Part shown: one piece after another, positions 22,139 to 32,039 of the stretch
How the letters are laid out: every line of letters starts with the position of its first letter
Position numbering within the stretch: position 1 is the stretch's first letter
Source of the DNA: Buchnera aphidicola (Periphyllus aceris)
GTDB lineage: Bacteria; Pseudomonadota; Gammaproteobacteria; Enterobacterales; Enterobacteriaceae
NCBI GenBank assembly: GCA_011754245.1
Contig: JAAMXG010000001.1
Coordinates: 21,152 to 85,151, forward strand
Length of the DNA stretch: 64,000 nt
Direction of reading: 5' to 3'
Made by a program: the position numbers and the translations under genes
The notes under the pieces: generated by a model
Databases searched by the model: none
Seen by the model: only the letters and a program-made list of their open reading frames with translations
What the model was told of the DNA's origin: nothing

Positions 22139-23320
22139 ATGATAATAATTTCTAAAAAAAACCATAACATATCTAGAAAAAAAATTAGTAAAAATGCAAT
22201 TAAAATTTTATTTAGATTACATAAATCAGGTTATCAAGCATATCTCGTAGGAGGTGGTGTTAGAGATCTTATTATAGGAAAAAAACCAAAAGATTTTGAC
22301 CTAGCTACTAATGCAACTCCATTTGAAATACAAAAATTATTTAAAAACTGCAGACTTATTGGAAGAAGATTTCAAATAGCACACATAATGTTTAAAAAAG
22401 AAACAATTGAAGTATCTACTTTTAGAGGACATAATCATGATAAAAAAAATATAAATAAAATATATAAAAAAAAAAAAAGTCTAGGAATACTTTTACGTGA
22501 TAATATATTTGGACAAATAGAAGAAGATGCAGAAAGAAGAGATTTAACTATTAATACTTTATATTTTAATGTAATAGATTTAAGTATTCGAGATTATGTA
22601 GGAGGCATTAAAGATATAAAAAAAAAAATTATTAGATTAATTGGAGATCCTGAAACAAGATATAGAGAAGATCCTGTAAGAATGTTAAGAGTAATTAGAT
22701 TTTCAGTACAATTAAGAATGAAAATAGAAAAAAATACAGCAAAAGCAATTCCAAAACTTGCAAAATTAATATCTCATGTTCCTTCAGCAAGATTATATAA
22801 TGAATTAAATAAACTATTACAAACAGGTTTTGGATATCAAGCATATAGAAAATTAAAAAAATTTTGTTTATTAAAAATTATTTTTTCATTTCCTTTATTA
22901 CATTATAGTAAAAATATTAATATTTTAATTCATTCTTTACTAACAAATATTTTAAAAGAAAATGATAAAAGATATAAAAAAAAAAAAAAAATACATCCAG
23001 AATTTTTATGGTCAGCAATACTATGGTATCCATATTTTATAAATACTATAAAAATTAAAAATAATAAAAAAATAAACTATAAAGATGCCTCAAAAATTTC
23101 TCTTAAATTAATTTTAAAAAAAGCGTCTTTTATATTATCAATTCCAAAACAAATAATTTATTCAATAAAAGAAATTTGGAAAGTAATAAATTTTATTACA
23201 TATAATTCAAAAAACATTCCAAAAAAAATAAAAAAAAATAAAAAATTTTTTGAAGCATATAATTTTTATATTATAAAAAAAAAAATAGAAAAAAATAAAA
23301 TTTTTAAAAAAATAATATAA
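22139..23320 (+). CDS. pcnB: poly(A) polymerase I (C-terminal basic tail shortened relative to E. coli)
   Basis: AYLVGGGVRDLIIGKKPKDFDLATNATPFEIQKLFKNCRLIGRRFQIAHIMF is near-identical in pattern to E. coli PcnB. The dksA-pcnB linkage also distinguishes it from cca. Confidence 0.9.
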   Translation: MIIISKKNHNISRKKISKNAIKILFRLHKSGYQAYLVGGGVRDLIIGKKPKDFDLATNATPFEIQKLFKNCRLIGRRFQIAHIMFKKETIEVSTFRGHNHDKKNINKIYKKKKSLGILLRDNIFGQIEEDAERRDLTINTLYFNVIDLSIRDYVGGIKDIKKKIIRLIGDPETRYREDPVRMLRVIRFSVQLRMKIEKNTAKAIPKLAKLISHVPSARLYNELNKLLQTGFGYQAYRKLKKFCLLKIIFSFPLLHYSKNINILIHSLLTNILKENDKRYKKKKKIHPEFLWSAILWYPYFINTIKIKNNKKINYKDASKISLKLILKKASFILSIPKQIIYSIKEIWKVINFITYNSKNIPKKIKKNKKFFEAYNFYIIKKKIEKNKIFKKII

Positions 23321-23410
23321 TTTTAAAAATAAAAAAAATTTATATAAAAATTTTTTTATAAATTTAAAAAAAAAATTTAAAAAATAAAATAAAAAAAAAA
23401 AAAAAAAAAA

Positions 23411-24202
23411 ATGAAAAAAATTAATATATATAAAATATATAAATGGAAATTAAAAAAACATAAATTTTCAGCAATTACTGCTTATGATTTTAGTTTTTCA
23501 AAATTATTTTCAACATCAGGCATTCCAATTCTATTAGTAGGTGATTCTCTTGGAATGGTTATTCAAGGAAAAAAATCTACTTTAGAAGTAAAATTAAAAC
23601 ATATAAAATATCATACAAAAGCTGTAAGAAAAGGATCTAAAAATAAATTTATTATTTCAGATTTACCATTTATGACATTTATGAATAAAAAACAAACTCT
23701 AAAAAACGCATGCTCAATAATTCAATCTGGAGCAAATATGATTAAAATAGAAGGAGGAATATGGATAAAAAAAATAATAAAATATTTAGCTGAAAGATCT
23801 ATTTTAACATGTTGTCATATTGGATTAAAACCTCAAAATATACATAAAGAAGGAGAATACAAAATTCAAGGAAAATCTAAAATAGATTCAAAAAAAATTT
23901 TTGAAGAAGCATTAATTTTAGAAAAATCAGGAACAAATATGATTCTTTTAGAATGCGTTCCTAATAATTTAGCAAAGAAAATTACTAAAAAATTAAAAAT
24001 ACCAGTAATAGGAATTGGATCCGGTCCTCACACAGATGGACAAATATTAGTAATGCATGATATGTTAGGTATTACACAAAAAAAACATAAATTTGTAAAA
24101 ATTTTTTTAAAAAAAAACATATCCTTAACACAAGCAATTAAAAATTATATTCAAGAAGTCAAACTTGGAAAATTTCCTTCTAAAAAACATACATTTTTTT
24201 AA
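23411..24202 (+). CDS. panB: 3-methyl-2-oxobutanoate hydroxymethyltransferase (pantothenate pathway)
   Basis: 263 aa. ITAYDFSFSKLF, LVGDSLGMVIQG, MIKIEGG, ECVP, PVIGIGSGPHTDGQILVMHDMLGI match PanB. Confidence 0.95.
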   Translation: MKKINIYKIYKWKLKKHKFSAITAYDFSFSKLFSTSGIPILLVGDSLGMVIQGKKSTLEVKLKHIKYHTKAVRKGSKNKFIISDLPFMTFMNKKQTLKNACSIIQSGANMIKIEGGIWIKKIIKYLAERSILTCCHIGLKPQNIHKEGEYKIQGKSKIDSKKIFEEALILEKSGTNMILLECVPNNLAKKITKKLKIPVIGIGSGPHTDGQILVMHDMLGITQKKHKFVKIFLKKNISLTQAIKNYIQEVKLGKFPSKKHTFF

Positions 24203-24210
24203 AAAAAAAC

Positions 24211-25062
24211 ATGAAGATAATAAAAAAAAAAAAAAAATTAATAAAAATAATCAAAAAAATAAATAATAATAGTGCATTAATTCCAACAATGGGAAACATA
24301 CATAATGGACATATTGAACTTATAAAACAATCAAATCTCCTTTCAAAAATTACAATTGTAAGTATATTTATTAATAAACTTCAATTTAATTCATTAAAAG
24401 ATTATTTAAATTACCCGAAAACAATAAAAAAAGATCTGAAAAAATTAAAAAAAAACAAAGTTAATATCGTATTTATTCCTCATCAGAAAGAAATGTTTCC
24501 AAAGGGATTATATAAACATACGATAGTTTCTGTAAAAAAAACATCAACAATTTTAGAAAATATCACTAGACCAAAATATTTAAATGGAGTCTCAACAATA
24601 ATATGTAAATTATTTAATCTCATTAAACCAAAATATGCAATTTTCGGAGAAAAAGATTTTCAACAATTATATATTATAAAAACTCTTGTTAAAGAACTAA
24701 ACTATAATATAAAAATTATATCTATTCCAACAAAAAGAAATAAAAATGGATTAGCTATCAGTTCTAGAAATAACTTATTAAATTCAAAAAATAAAAATAT
24801 CGCAAAATATATTTATAAATACCTTTTGCAATTTAAAAAAAAAATTATATTTCAAGGTTATGAAAATATTAAAAAAATTAAAAAAAATATATTAAAAAAA
24901 TTTATAAAAAAACAAATAAAGATTGAATCTTTAAAAATTAGAGATTCAAAAAATTTAAAAAAAATTAGAAAAAACAGTAAAAAAGCTATTATATTAATTA
25001 GTGTATTTATAAAAAAAATAAGATTAATTGATAATATTAAAGTAAACATACATAAAAAATAA
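24211..25062 (+). CDS. panC: pantoate--beta-alanine ligase
   Basis: 283 aa. PTMGNIHNGHIELI (HxGH), FGEKDFQQ, GLAISSRN motifs of PanC. Immediately follows panB. Confidence 0.9.
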   Translation: MKIIKKKKKLIKIIKKINNNSALIPTMGNIHNGHIELIKQSNLLSKITIVSIFINKLQFNSLKDYLNYPKTIKKDLKKLKKNKVNIVFIPHQKEMFPKGLYKHTIVSVKKTSTILENITRPKYLNGVSTIICKLFNLIKPKYAIFGEKDFQQLYIIKTLVKELNYNIKIISIPTKRNKNGLAISSRNNLLNSKNKNIAKYIYKYLLQFKKKIIFQGYENIKKIKKNILKKFIKKQIKIESLKIRDSKNLKKIRKNSKKAIILISVFIKKIRLIDNIKVNIHKK

Positions 25063-25507
25063 ATATATAATTTATTTAAATTTCATAAAAAATTAAATTA
25101 TAAAAAAAAAATAAATATAAAAATATATAAAAATATTTCATTAAAAAAATTCAAAATATAATAAATTTTTTAAAAATTTTTTAAAAAAATTTTAATATAA
25201 AAAAAATCTATGAACTCCATGAGTTATAATATTGAAAAAATATTAAAATAAAAATATTTATATAAAAAAATTAAAATATTTTTAAAAAAATATTATTATT
25301 ATATTAAAATATTTTTTTATTTTTTATAAAAATTTTTTTAAAAACATATAAATTAATAAAAAAAATTAAAATTAATTTAACAATATAATTTAATGTTATT
25401 TTTTTTTATTTTTTTTATATAATATATATTAAATTTAGTTATTTAAAAATACATAAAAAATAAATTAAATACTTTTTATTTAAATAAAAATAGGAGGAGA
25501 TTTAAAA

Positions 25508-27970
25508 ATGATTAAAATCTTGAAATTTGGAGGAACATCATTAGCTGATGCAAAAAAAATATTATCAGTATCAGAAATAATTCAAGAAGAATCTAAAAAA
25601 AATAAAATAGCAGTTGTTTTATCCGCACCTGCAAAAATAACTAATAATTTAGAAAAATTAATAAAATACGCTAAAAAAAAAAAAAAATATAAAAAAATTA
25701 TTTTAAAAATAAAAAATAAATTTTTAAAAATAATACAAAAAATATCAAATCAAAATAAAAATATTTCTTTCAAAAATTTATATAAAATAATAAATAAAGA
25801 AATAAAATTTTTAAAAAAATATTCTAAAATAATATATCTATTGCAAAAATGTCCAAAAAAAATTTTTTCACAAATAATTTCAAAAGGAGAAATATTATCA
25901 ACATATATTATGATGTATATACTAAATTCAAAAAAAAATAAAATTATTCTAATAAATCCAGTAAAAAAAATAATGTCAAAAGGAAATATATTAGATTCTC
26001 AGGCAGATATTAATCAATCAATAAAAAAAATAAAAAAAATAAAAATTTCAAATCAATCAATAATTTTAATGCCTGGATTTATTGCTGGAAATAAAAAAAA
26101 AGAACTAGTTTTATTAGGAAGAAACGGATCAGATTATTCAGCAGCAATACTTTCTGCTTGTTTAAAAGCAGATGTTTGTGAAATATGGACTGATGTAAAT
26201 GGAGTTCTTACATGTGATCCAAAAATAGTAAATCAAGCAAAAACATTAAAAAATATGACATATAAAAACATTATAGAATTATCTAATTTAGGAGCAAAAG
26301 TACTTCATCCAAAATCAATTTATCCATTAAAAAAATTTAAAATTCCTTGTTATATAAAAAATACATTCAATAAAAATTTTTATGGAACAAAAATATATAA
26401 ATCAAATAAAACAAAAAAAAATAAATATAATTTTAGTATAACATATATGGAAAACATATATATGTGTTGTATTAAAATTAATAATAACCAAATAATACAT
26501 AAAATACAAAAAAAATTATTAAATTCTATTAGAAAAAAATATATTTCTATAATATTATTTTCAAATTCTATAGATTTCAATTATATAAATTTTTATGTAG
26601 AAAAAAAAAATTTCAAAAATACTCATAAAATTTTAAAAAAAATATATAAAAATTCTAATAAACATGTAACAAAAATAAAAATTAAAAAAAATTTATCTAT
26701 CATTTCTCTAGTAAAAAAAAATATTATTAAAAAAAAAGATTTAATTTATAAAATAAATCAAACTTTAAAAAATTCTCAAATTAAAATAATTGATACAATT
26801 AAAAATACATCAAAAAATTCTATATCATTTATTATAAAATCTAAAAATAAAAATTCAGGAATAAAATTAATACATAAAATAGTTTTAAATAAAAATAATC
26901 TAATTGAAATATTTTTATTAGGAATAGGGGGTATAGGAAAAACTTTATTAAAACAAATTGTTCAAGAAAAAAAATCATTAAAAAAAAAAAATATTATTAT
27001 TAAAATTTGTCTAATATCTAATTCAAATAAAATATTATTTAAAGAAAATGGAATTAATATAAAATTTTGGAAAGAAAAATTCAAAAAAATAAAAAAGAAA
27101 TTTCAAAATAAAGAAGAACTGATTCACAAAATTAATGAAATAATTAAAAAAAAATGTTATGTAAACCCTATTATTGTTGATTGTACATCCAGCAAAGAAA
27201 TCTCTCATAAATATTTTAACTACATAAAAAATGGATTTCATTTAATTACAGCAAATAAAAAATTTAATACTGGAAGTATTCAAAATTATAAAAAAATACG
27301 TAATTTATCATATAAATATAACAAAAAGTTTTTATACGAAACAAATGTTGGAGGAGGACTTCCAATTATACAAACTATAAAAAATTTAAAACAAACAGGT
27401 GATAAATTATTAAAATTTCAAGGAATACTTTCTGGATCATTGTCTTTTATTTTCGGAAAATTAGATAAAGGAATTTTATTTTCAAAAGCTGTAAAAGAAG
27501 CTAAAGAAAAAGGACTAACCGAACCAGATCCAAGAGAAGATTTATCTGGATTAGATGTAGCAAGAAAATTATTAATAATAGCAAGAGAAATGGGATACAA
27601 TTTAGAGTTAAAAAATATTAAAATAAAAAAAATATTGCCAAAATCATTCAAAAAAAATATTAATATAGAAAAATTTTTAAAAAAAATAAAAAAATTAGAT
27701 CAATATTTTTCTAAAAAAATATCTCAATCAAAAAAAAATAAAAAAAGAATAAGATTTATTGGAACAATTAATAAAAATGGAAATTGTAAAGTTAAACTTT
27801 CAGAAATTGATCAAAAAAACCCTTTATACAAAATAAAAAATGGAGAAAATGCATTTATATTTTACAGTAAATACTACCAACCAATACCATTAGTAATTAG
27901 AGGATACGGAGCTGGTAAACAAGTAACTGCTTCCGGAGTATTTTCTGATTTATTAAATTCTATTTTATAA
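25508..27970 (+). CDS. thrA: bifunctional aspartokinase I / homoserine dehydrogenase I
   Basis: 820 aa. N-terminus MIKILKFGGTSLAD, LGRNGSDYSAAILSACLKA, VCEIWTDVNGVLTCDP. C-terminal homoserine dehydrogenase domain LGIGGIGKTL ... YETNVGGGLPII ... RGYGAG. AGGAGGA Shine-Dalgarno at 25492-25498. Confidence 0.95.
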   Translation: MIKILKFGGTSLADAKKILSVSEIIQEESKKNKIAVVLSAPAKITNNLEKLIKYAKKKKKYKKIILKIKNKFLKIIQKISNQNKNISFKNLYKIINKEIKFLKKYSKIIYLLQKCPKKIFSQIISKGEILSTYIMMYILNSKKNKIILINPVKKIMSKGNILDSQADINQSIKKIKKIKISNQSIILMPGFIAGNKKKELVLLGRNGSDYSAAILSACLKADVCEIWTDVNGVLTCDPKIVNQAKTLKNMTYKNIIELSNLGAKVLHPKSIYPLKKFKIPCYIKNTFNKNFYGTKIYKSNKTKKNKYNFSITYMENIYMCCIKINNNQIIHKIQKKLLNSIRKKYISIILFSNSIDFNYINFYVEKKNFKNTHKILKKIYKNSNKHVTKIKIKKNLSIISLVKKNIIKKKDLIYKINQTLKNSQIKIIDTIKNTSKNSISFIIKSKNKNSGIKLIHKIVLNKNNLIEIFLLGIGGIGKTLLKQIVQEKKSLKKKNIIIKICLISNSNKILFKENGINIKFWKEKFKKIKKKFQNKEELIHKINEIIKKKCYVNPIIVDCTSSKEISHKYFNYIKNGFHLITANKKFNTGSIQNYKKIRNLSYKYNKKFLYETNVGGGLPIIQTIKNLKQTGDKLLKFQGILSGSLSFIFGKLDKGILFSKAVKEAKEKGLTEPDPREDLSGLDVARKLLIIAREMGYNLELKNIKIKKILPKSFKKNINIEKFLKKIKKLDQYFSKKISQSKKNKKRIRFIGTINKNGNCKVKLSEIDQKNPLYKIKNGENAFIFYSKYYQPIPLVIRGYGAGKQVTASGVFSDLLNSIL

Positions 27971-27993
27971 AATTATTTTTGGAAAATAAATAA

Positions 27994-28944
27994 ATGACAA
28001 AAATATATGCACCAGCATCTATTGGAAATTTAGGAGTAGGATTTGATATATTAGGAGCCGCAATCACACCAATAAATAACAAATTATTAGGAGATTGTGT
28101 TTCTATAAAACTATCAAAAAAATTTAAATTAACAAACATAGGAAAATTTTCTTCAGAACTTCCAAAACTATATAAAAATAATATAGCCTGGAAATCTTGG
28201 TATATTTTTTCAAAAAAATTAAAAATTAAAAAAAATGTACACATTACTCTTGAAAAAAATTTACCAATTAGTTCAGGATTAGGCTCTAGTGCATCATCTA
28301 TCGTATCTACATTAACTGCATTAAATATTTTTTTTCAAAACCCTTTAAAAAAAAATAAACTTTTATATTTAATGGGAAAAATAGAAAAAGAAATTTCAGG
28401 AGGAAAACATTATGATAATGTAGCTCCATCTTATCTTGGAGGAGTAAGATTAATAATTGAAAATAAAAAAAAAATTTCTCAAAAAATTAAATATTTTAAA
28501 AATTGGTATTGGATAATAGCGTGGCCAGGAATAAAACTTTCTACTATAACATCTAGATCAATACTTCCTAACAAATACTCTAGAAAAATTTGTATTCAAC
28601 ATAGTAAATATATATCATGTTTTATTCATGCATCTTATACAAATCAAGAAAATCTTGCATCTTCTTCTATAAAAGATGTTTTAGCTGAACCCTATAGAAA
28701 AAAATTAATAAAAAATTTTTCTAAACATAAAAAAAAAGTAAAAAAATTAGGATCTATTGCATTTGGAATTTCTGGTTCCGGACCAACTATTTTTTCTATA
28801 TGTAAAAATAAAAAAATAGCAAAAAAAATTAAAAAATATTTTCTAAAAAAATATATTCAAACAAAAAATGGATTTTCTCATATTTGTAAAATAGACTCTG
28901 TTGGATCAAGAAAAATAGGAAATAATTTTAATGAAACTATATAA
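27994..28944 (+). CDS. thrB: homoserine kinase
   Basis: 316 aa. YAPASIGNLGVGFDILG and GHMP kinase motif PISSGLGSSASS. Confidence 0.93.
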   Translation: MTKIYAPASIGNLGVGFDILGAAITPINNKLLGDCVSIKLSKKFKLTNIGKFSSELPKLYKNNIAWKSWYIFSKKLKIKKNVHITLEKNLPISSGLGSSASSIVSTLTALNIFFQNPLKKNKLLYLMGKIEKEISGGKHYDNVAPSYLGGVRLIIENKKKISQKIKYFKNWYWIIAWPGIKLSTITSRSILPNKYSRKICIQHSKYISCFIHASYTNQENLASSSIKDVLAEPYRKKLIKNFSKHKKKVKKLGSIAFGISGSGPTIFSICKNKKIAKKIKKYFLKKYIQTKNGFSHICKIDSVGSRKIGNNFNETI

Positions 28945-30214
28945 TCTTAAAAAAAAAAATGAAATAGTAAACTTTTCAAATGCAGTTAAATTAGGTTTAG
29001 GTGCCAAACAAGGATTATTTTTTCCAAAAAATCTACCAATATTTTCTAAAGAAAAAATAAAAAATTTATTAAAAAAAAAATTCGTTCACAGAAGTCAAAA
29101 AATTTTATCTTTATTAATTGGATCAGAAATAAAAAAAAAAATTATATATTCTAGTGTTAAATCAGCGTTTTCATTTTCAGGACCTAAAATTTCAAAAATT
29201 AAAAAAAATATTGCATGTTGTGAATTATTTCATGGACCAACTCTTGCATTTAAAGATTATGGTGCTAAATTTATGGCTAATATTTTATCATTCTTAAACA
29301 AAAAAAAAAAATTAATTACAATATTAACTGCAACTTCTGGAGATACAGGAGCAGCAGTAGCTCATGCTTTTTATAAAATGAAAAACATTAAAGTAGTAAT
29401 ATTATATCCAAAAGGAAAAATTAGTACTATTCAAAAAAAACTATTTTGTACTTTAGGAAAAAATATTACAACAATAGCAATAAATGGAAGTTTTGACGAT
29501 TGTCAAAAACTTGTTAAAAAATCATTCAATGATCAAGAAATAAAAAAATATACACAATTAAACTCAGCTAATTCTATTAATATAAGTAGATTACTTGCTC
29601 AAGTGTGTTATTTTTTTGAAATTTTTCATTTAATGAAAAAAAAAAACATAGTATTATCCATACCATGTGGAAATTTTGGAAACTTAACAGCTGGACTATT
29701 AGCAAAATCTATGGGATTACCAATAAAAAAATTAATTTTATCTACTAATTCAAACGATACAGTGCCAAGATTTTTGAACAAAGGAATTTGGAATCCATAC
29801 CCAACAATTTCAACAATTTCTAATGCAATGGATATTAGTAAACCAAACAACTGGACAAGAGTAGAAGAAATATTTAAAAGAAAAAAATGGAATATAAAAG
29901 AACTAGGTTATGGTAGTGTAACAGAAAAAGAAACAACAAAAAATCTAAAAGAATTATTTAAAAAATACAAATATGTCTCAGAACCACATGCATCCATAGC
30001 ATATACTATTTTAAAAAGAGAAATAAAAAAAGAAGAATATGGAATTTTTTTAGGAACAGCTCATCCAATAAAATTTAAAAAAACTGTGGAAAAAAATTTA
30101 AAAATAAAACTAAAAAAATCAAAAATTATATCTAATTTATCTAATTTAAAAGAATTTTGTTATCACATAAAACCAGATTTTAAAAAATTAAAAAAAATAT
30201 TAATTAAACATTAA
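28931..30214 (+). CDS. thrC: threonine synthase
   Basis: 427 aa, 14-nt overlap with thrB. HGPTLAFKDYG (PLP lysine context), TATSGDTGAAVAHAF, ANSINISRLL. Confidence 0.93.
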   Translation: MKLYNLKKKNEIVNFSNAVKLGLGAKQGLFFPKNLPIFSKEKIKNLLKKKFVHRSQKILSLLIGSEIKKKIIYSSVKSAFSFSGPKISKIKKNIACCELFHGPTLAFKDYGAKFMANILSFLNKKKKLITILTATSGDTGAAVAHAFYKMKNIKVVILYPKGKISTIQKKLFCTLGKNITTIAINGSFDDCQKLVKKSFNDQEIKKYTQLNSANSINISRLLAQVCYFFEIFHLMKKKNIVLSIPCGNFGNLTAGLLAKSMGLPIKKLILSTNSNDTVPRFLNKGIWNPYPTISTISNAMDISKPNNWTRVEEIFKRKKWNIKELGYGSVTEKETTKNLKELFKKYKYVSEPHASIAYTILKREIKKEEYGIFLGTAHPIKFKKTVEKNLKIKLKKSKIISNLSNLKEFCYHIKPDFKKLKKILIKH

Positions 30215-30222
30215 AATATATA

Positions 30223-30244
30223 AGAGAGGAAAAAATTCCTCTCT
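30223..30244. terminator. short hairpin between convergent thrC and ychF
   Basis: AGAGAGGA (30223-30230) / TCCTCTCT (30237-30244), 6-nt loop. On the - strand it is followed by a T/A-rich tail, on the + strand by poly(A), so it fits better as the ychF terminator. Confidence 0.5.
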
Positions 30245-30275
30245 AAAAAAAAATTGTAATAAATAAAAAAATATC

Positions 30276-31322
30276 TTATAGATTAAATAAAAAATGTATA
30301 ATATCTCCATCTTGAACTAAATAATTCTTGCCTTCTAATTTTAATTTTCCAGCTTTCTTAACAGAATTTTCAGTTTTGTAATGAATAAAATCTTTATAAC
30401 GAATTATTTTTGCTCGTATAAATCCCTTTTTAAAATCACTATGTATAATTTTAGAAACATCTATACATTTTGAATTTTTTATAAAAGACCATGCTCGAAC
30501 TTCTTTTTTTCCAACAGTAAAAAAAGTTTTTAATTTTAAAATTTTGTAAATAGAATGAATAATTTTAGATAAGTCAAATAATCTATTATCATATTTATTT
30601 GTCTCTTTTAAAGAATTTGGGTTAATTGTTTTATAAATATCATTTTTTAAAAATTCTTTAACATTTTTTAAAAAAACATTTTTTTTGTTATCTGAACTAA
30701 TATTAATTAAATATAACATTGGTTTTAAAGTTAAAAAATTAAACTTTTTTATTAACAACGTTTCTTTTTGAGAAAAATTAATTTTTCTCAAAAATATAAA
30801 ATTTTTTAAATTTAACAAACATTTATTTAATAAAGACTTTTCTTCATCAATTAAACTTTTTTCTATATTTTTAGAATTATTTAAAAAAATCATACTTTTT
30901 TCACAAACATCAATATCTGAAAATATTAGTTCTGTATTAATTACATCAATATCATTAATAGGATTAACTGCATTCTGTACATGAATAATATTTTCATCTT
31001 TAAAACATCTAACAACATGTATTAAAGCATTAACTTTTTTTATTTCTTGTAAAAATTTATTACCTAAACCTTCACCTTTTGATGCACCTTTTACTAAACC
31101 AGCAATATCTACTAATTTCACTGATGAAAAAATAACTTTTTTAGGAGAAACAATCTTTTTCAAATTAATTAATCTTTTATCATAAACAATTGAAAATCCT
31201 ATATTAGGAGTAATAGTACAAAATGGAAAATTCATTGATGGAACAGTCATTTTTGTTAAAATGTTAAAAATAGTAGATTTTCCTACATTTGGTAAACCAA
31301 TAATTCCACATTGCACACCCAT
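30276..31322 (-). CDS. ychF: ribosome-binding ATPase YchF (Obg-family)
   Basis: MGVQCGIIGLPNVGKSTIFN P-loop, DIAGLVKGAS, C-terminal TGS-like GKNYLVQDGDIIHFLFN. pth-ychF linkage as in E. coli. Confidence 0.93.
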   Translation of the reverse strand: MGVQCGIIGLPNVGKSTIFNILTKMTVPSMNFPFCTITPNIGFSIVYDKRLINLKKIVSPKKVIFSSVKLVDIAGLVKGASKGEGLGNKFLQEIKKVNALIHVVRCFKDENIIHVQNAVNPINDIDVINTELIFSDIDVCEKSMIFLNNSKNIEKSLIDEEKSLLNKCLLNLKNFIFLRKINFSQKETLLIKKFNFLTLKPMLYLINISSDNKKNVFLKNVKEFLKNDIYKTINPNSLKETNKYDNRLFDLSKIIHSIYKILKLKTFFTVGKKEVRAWSFIKNSKCIDVSKIIHSDFKKGFIRAKIIRYKDFIHYKTENSVKKAGKLKLEGKNYLVQDGDIIHFLFNL

Positions 31323-31345
31323 AATCTTCCTTTGTTTACAAAAAA

Positions 31346-31900
31346 TTAAAATAAAAAATTATATTTTTTTTTAAAAAAAATTGAATTAATTGATTTATGA
31401 ATAGATTTTAAAATGATATTTTTCTCACTTAGTTTAGGTTTTGATAAAACAAAATTAGAAATGTCTTTTCTGAAATTTGGACGACCTATTCCAATTGATA
31501 AACGATGATAAAAAGTATTTCTATTAAATTTTTCTATAATATTTTTTAAACCATTATGTCCATTACTCCCATAACCATACTTTATTTTTATAAATCCTGG
31601 TAATAAATCTAACTCATCATGAATAATTAACATTTCATTTAATTTAATGTTATAAAATTGAGATACTTTTAATACAGAATACCCATTTAAATTCATAAAA
31701 ATATCTGGAAAAAATAATAATATATCTTTTTTTAAAAAAAAAATTTTACTTTGATAGCCTAAAAATTTTTTTATTTTTTTAAAATTTGAATTAAAATAAT
31801 TTGATAATAATTTTATATACCAAATTCCAACATTATGACGTGTATTTTTATAATCAGATAGTGGATTACCTAATCCTATTATTATTTTTATTTTATTCAA
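31346..31900 (-). CDS. pth: peptidyl-tRNA hydrolase
   Basis: 184 aa. IIGLGNP...Y..TRHNVG, and DELDL, GHNGLKNI motifs. The only in-frame start matching the E. coli N-terminus is TTG at 31900. Confidence 0.88.
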   Translation of the reverse strand: MNKIKIIIGLGNPLSDYKNTRHNVGIWYIKLLSNYFNSNFKKIKKFLGYQSKIFFLKKDILLFFPDIFMNLNGYSVLKVSQFYNIKLNEMLIIHDELDLLPGFIKIKYGYGSNGHNGLKNIIEKFNRNTFYHRLSIGIGRPNFRKDISNFVLSKPKLSEKNIILKSIHKSINSIFFKKKYNFLF

Positions 31901-32039
31901 ATTATTGTACCTAAAAATTTTAAAATTGTTTTTTAATAAAATAGTTATATAAAAATATAATAATTGATTTAATTTATAAAATAAAGAAAAAAAATATTTC
32001 TATTTAAAAAAATATATCTACAATATATATATGAAAATT

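Noticed and set aside
22139-23320. Calling this ORF the CCA-adding enzyme (cca) instead of pcnB
   Set aside because: The N-terminal block matches PcnB-specific sequence (KPKDFD..TNATP..LF.NCRL.GRRF..AH.MF), the gene follows dksA as pcnB does in E. coli, and no HD domain is apparent.
25210-25251. Possible thr leader peptide (MNSMSYNIEKILK) upstream of thrA
   Set aside because: It has no Thr or Ile codon run, only a 5-bp hairpin with no U-tract, and sits about 260 nt from thrA. It does not resemble an attenuator.
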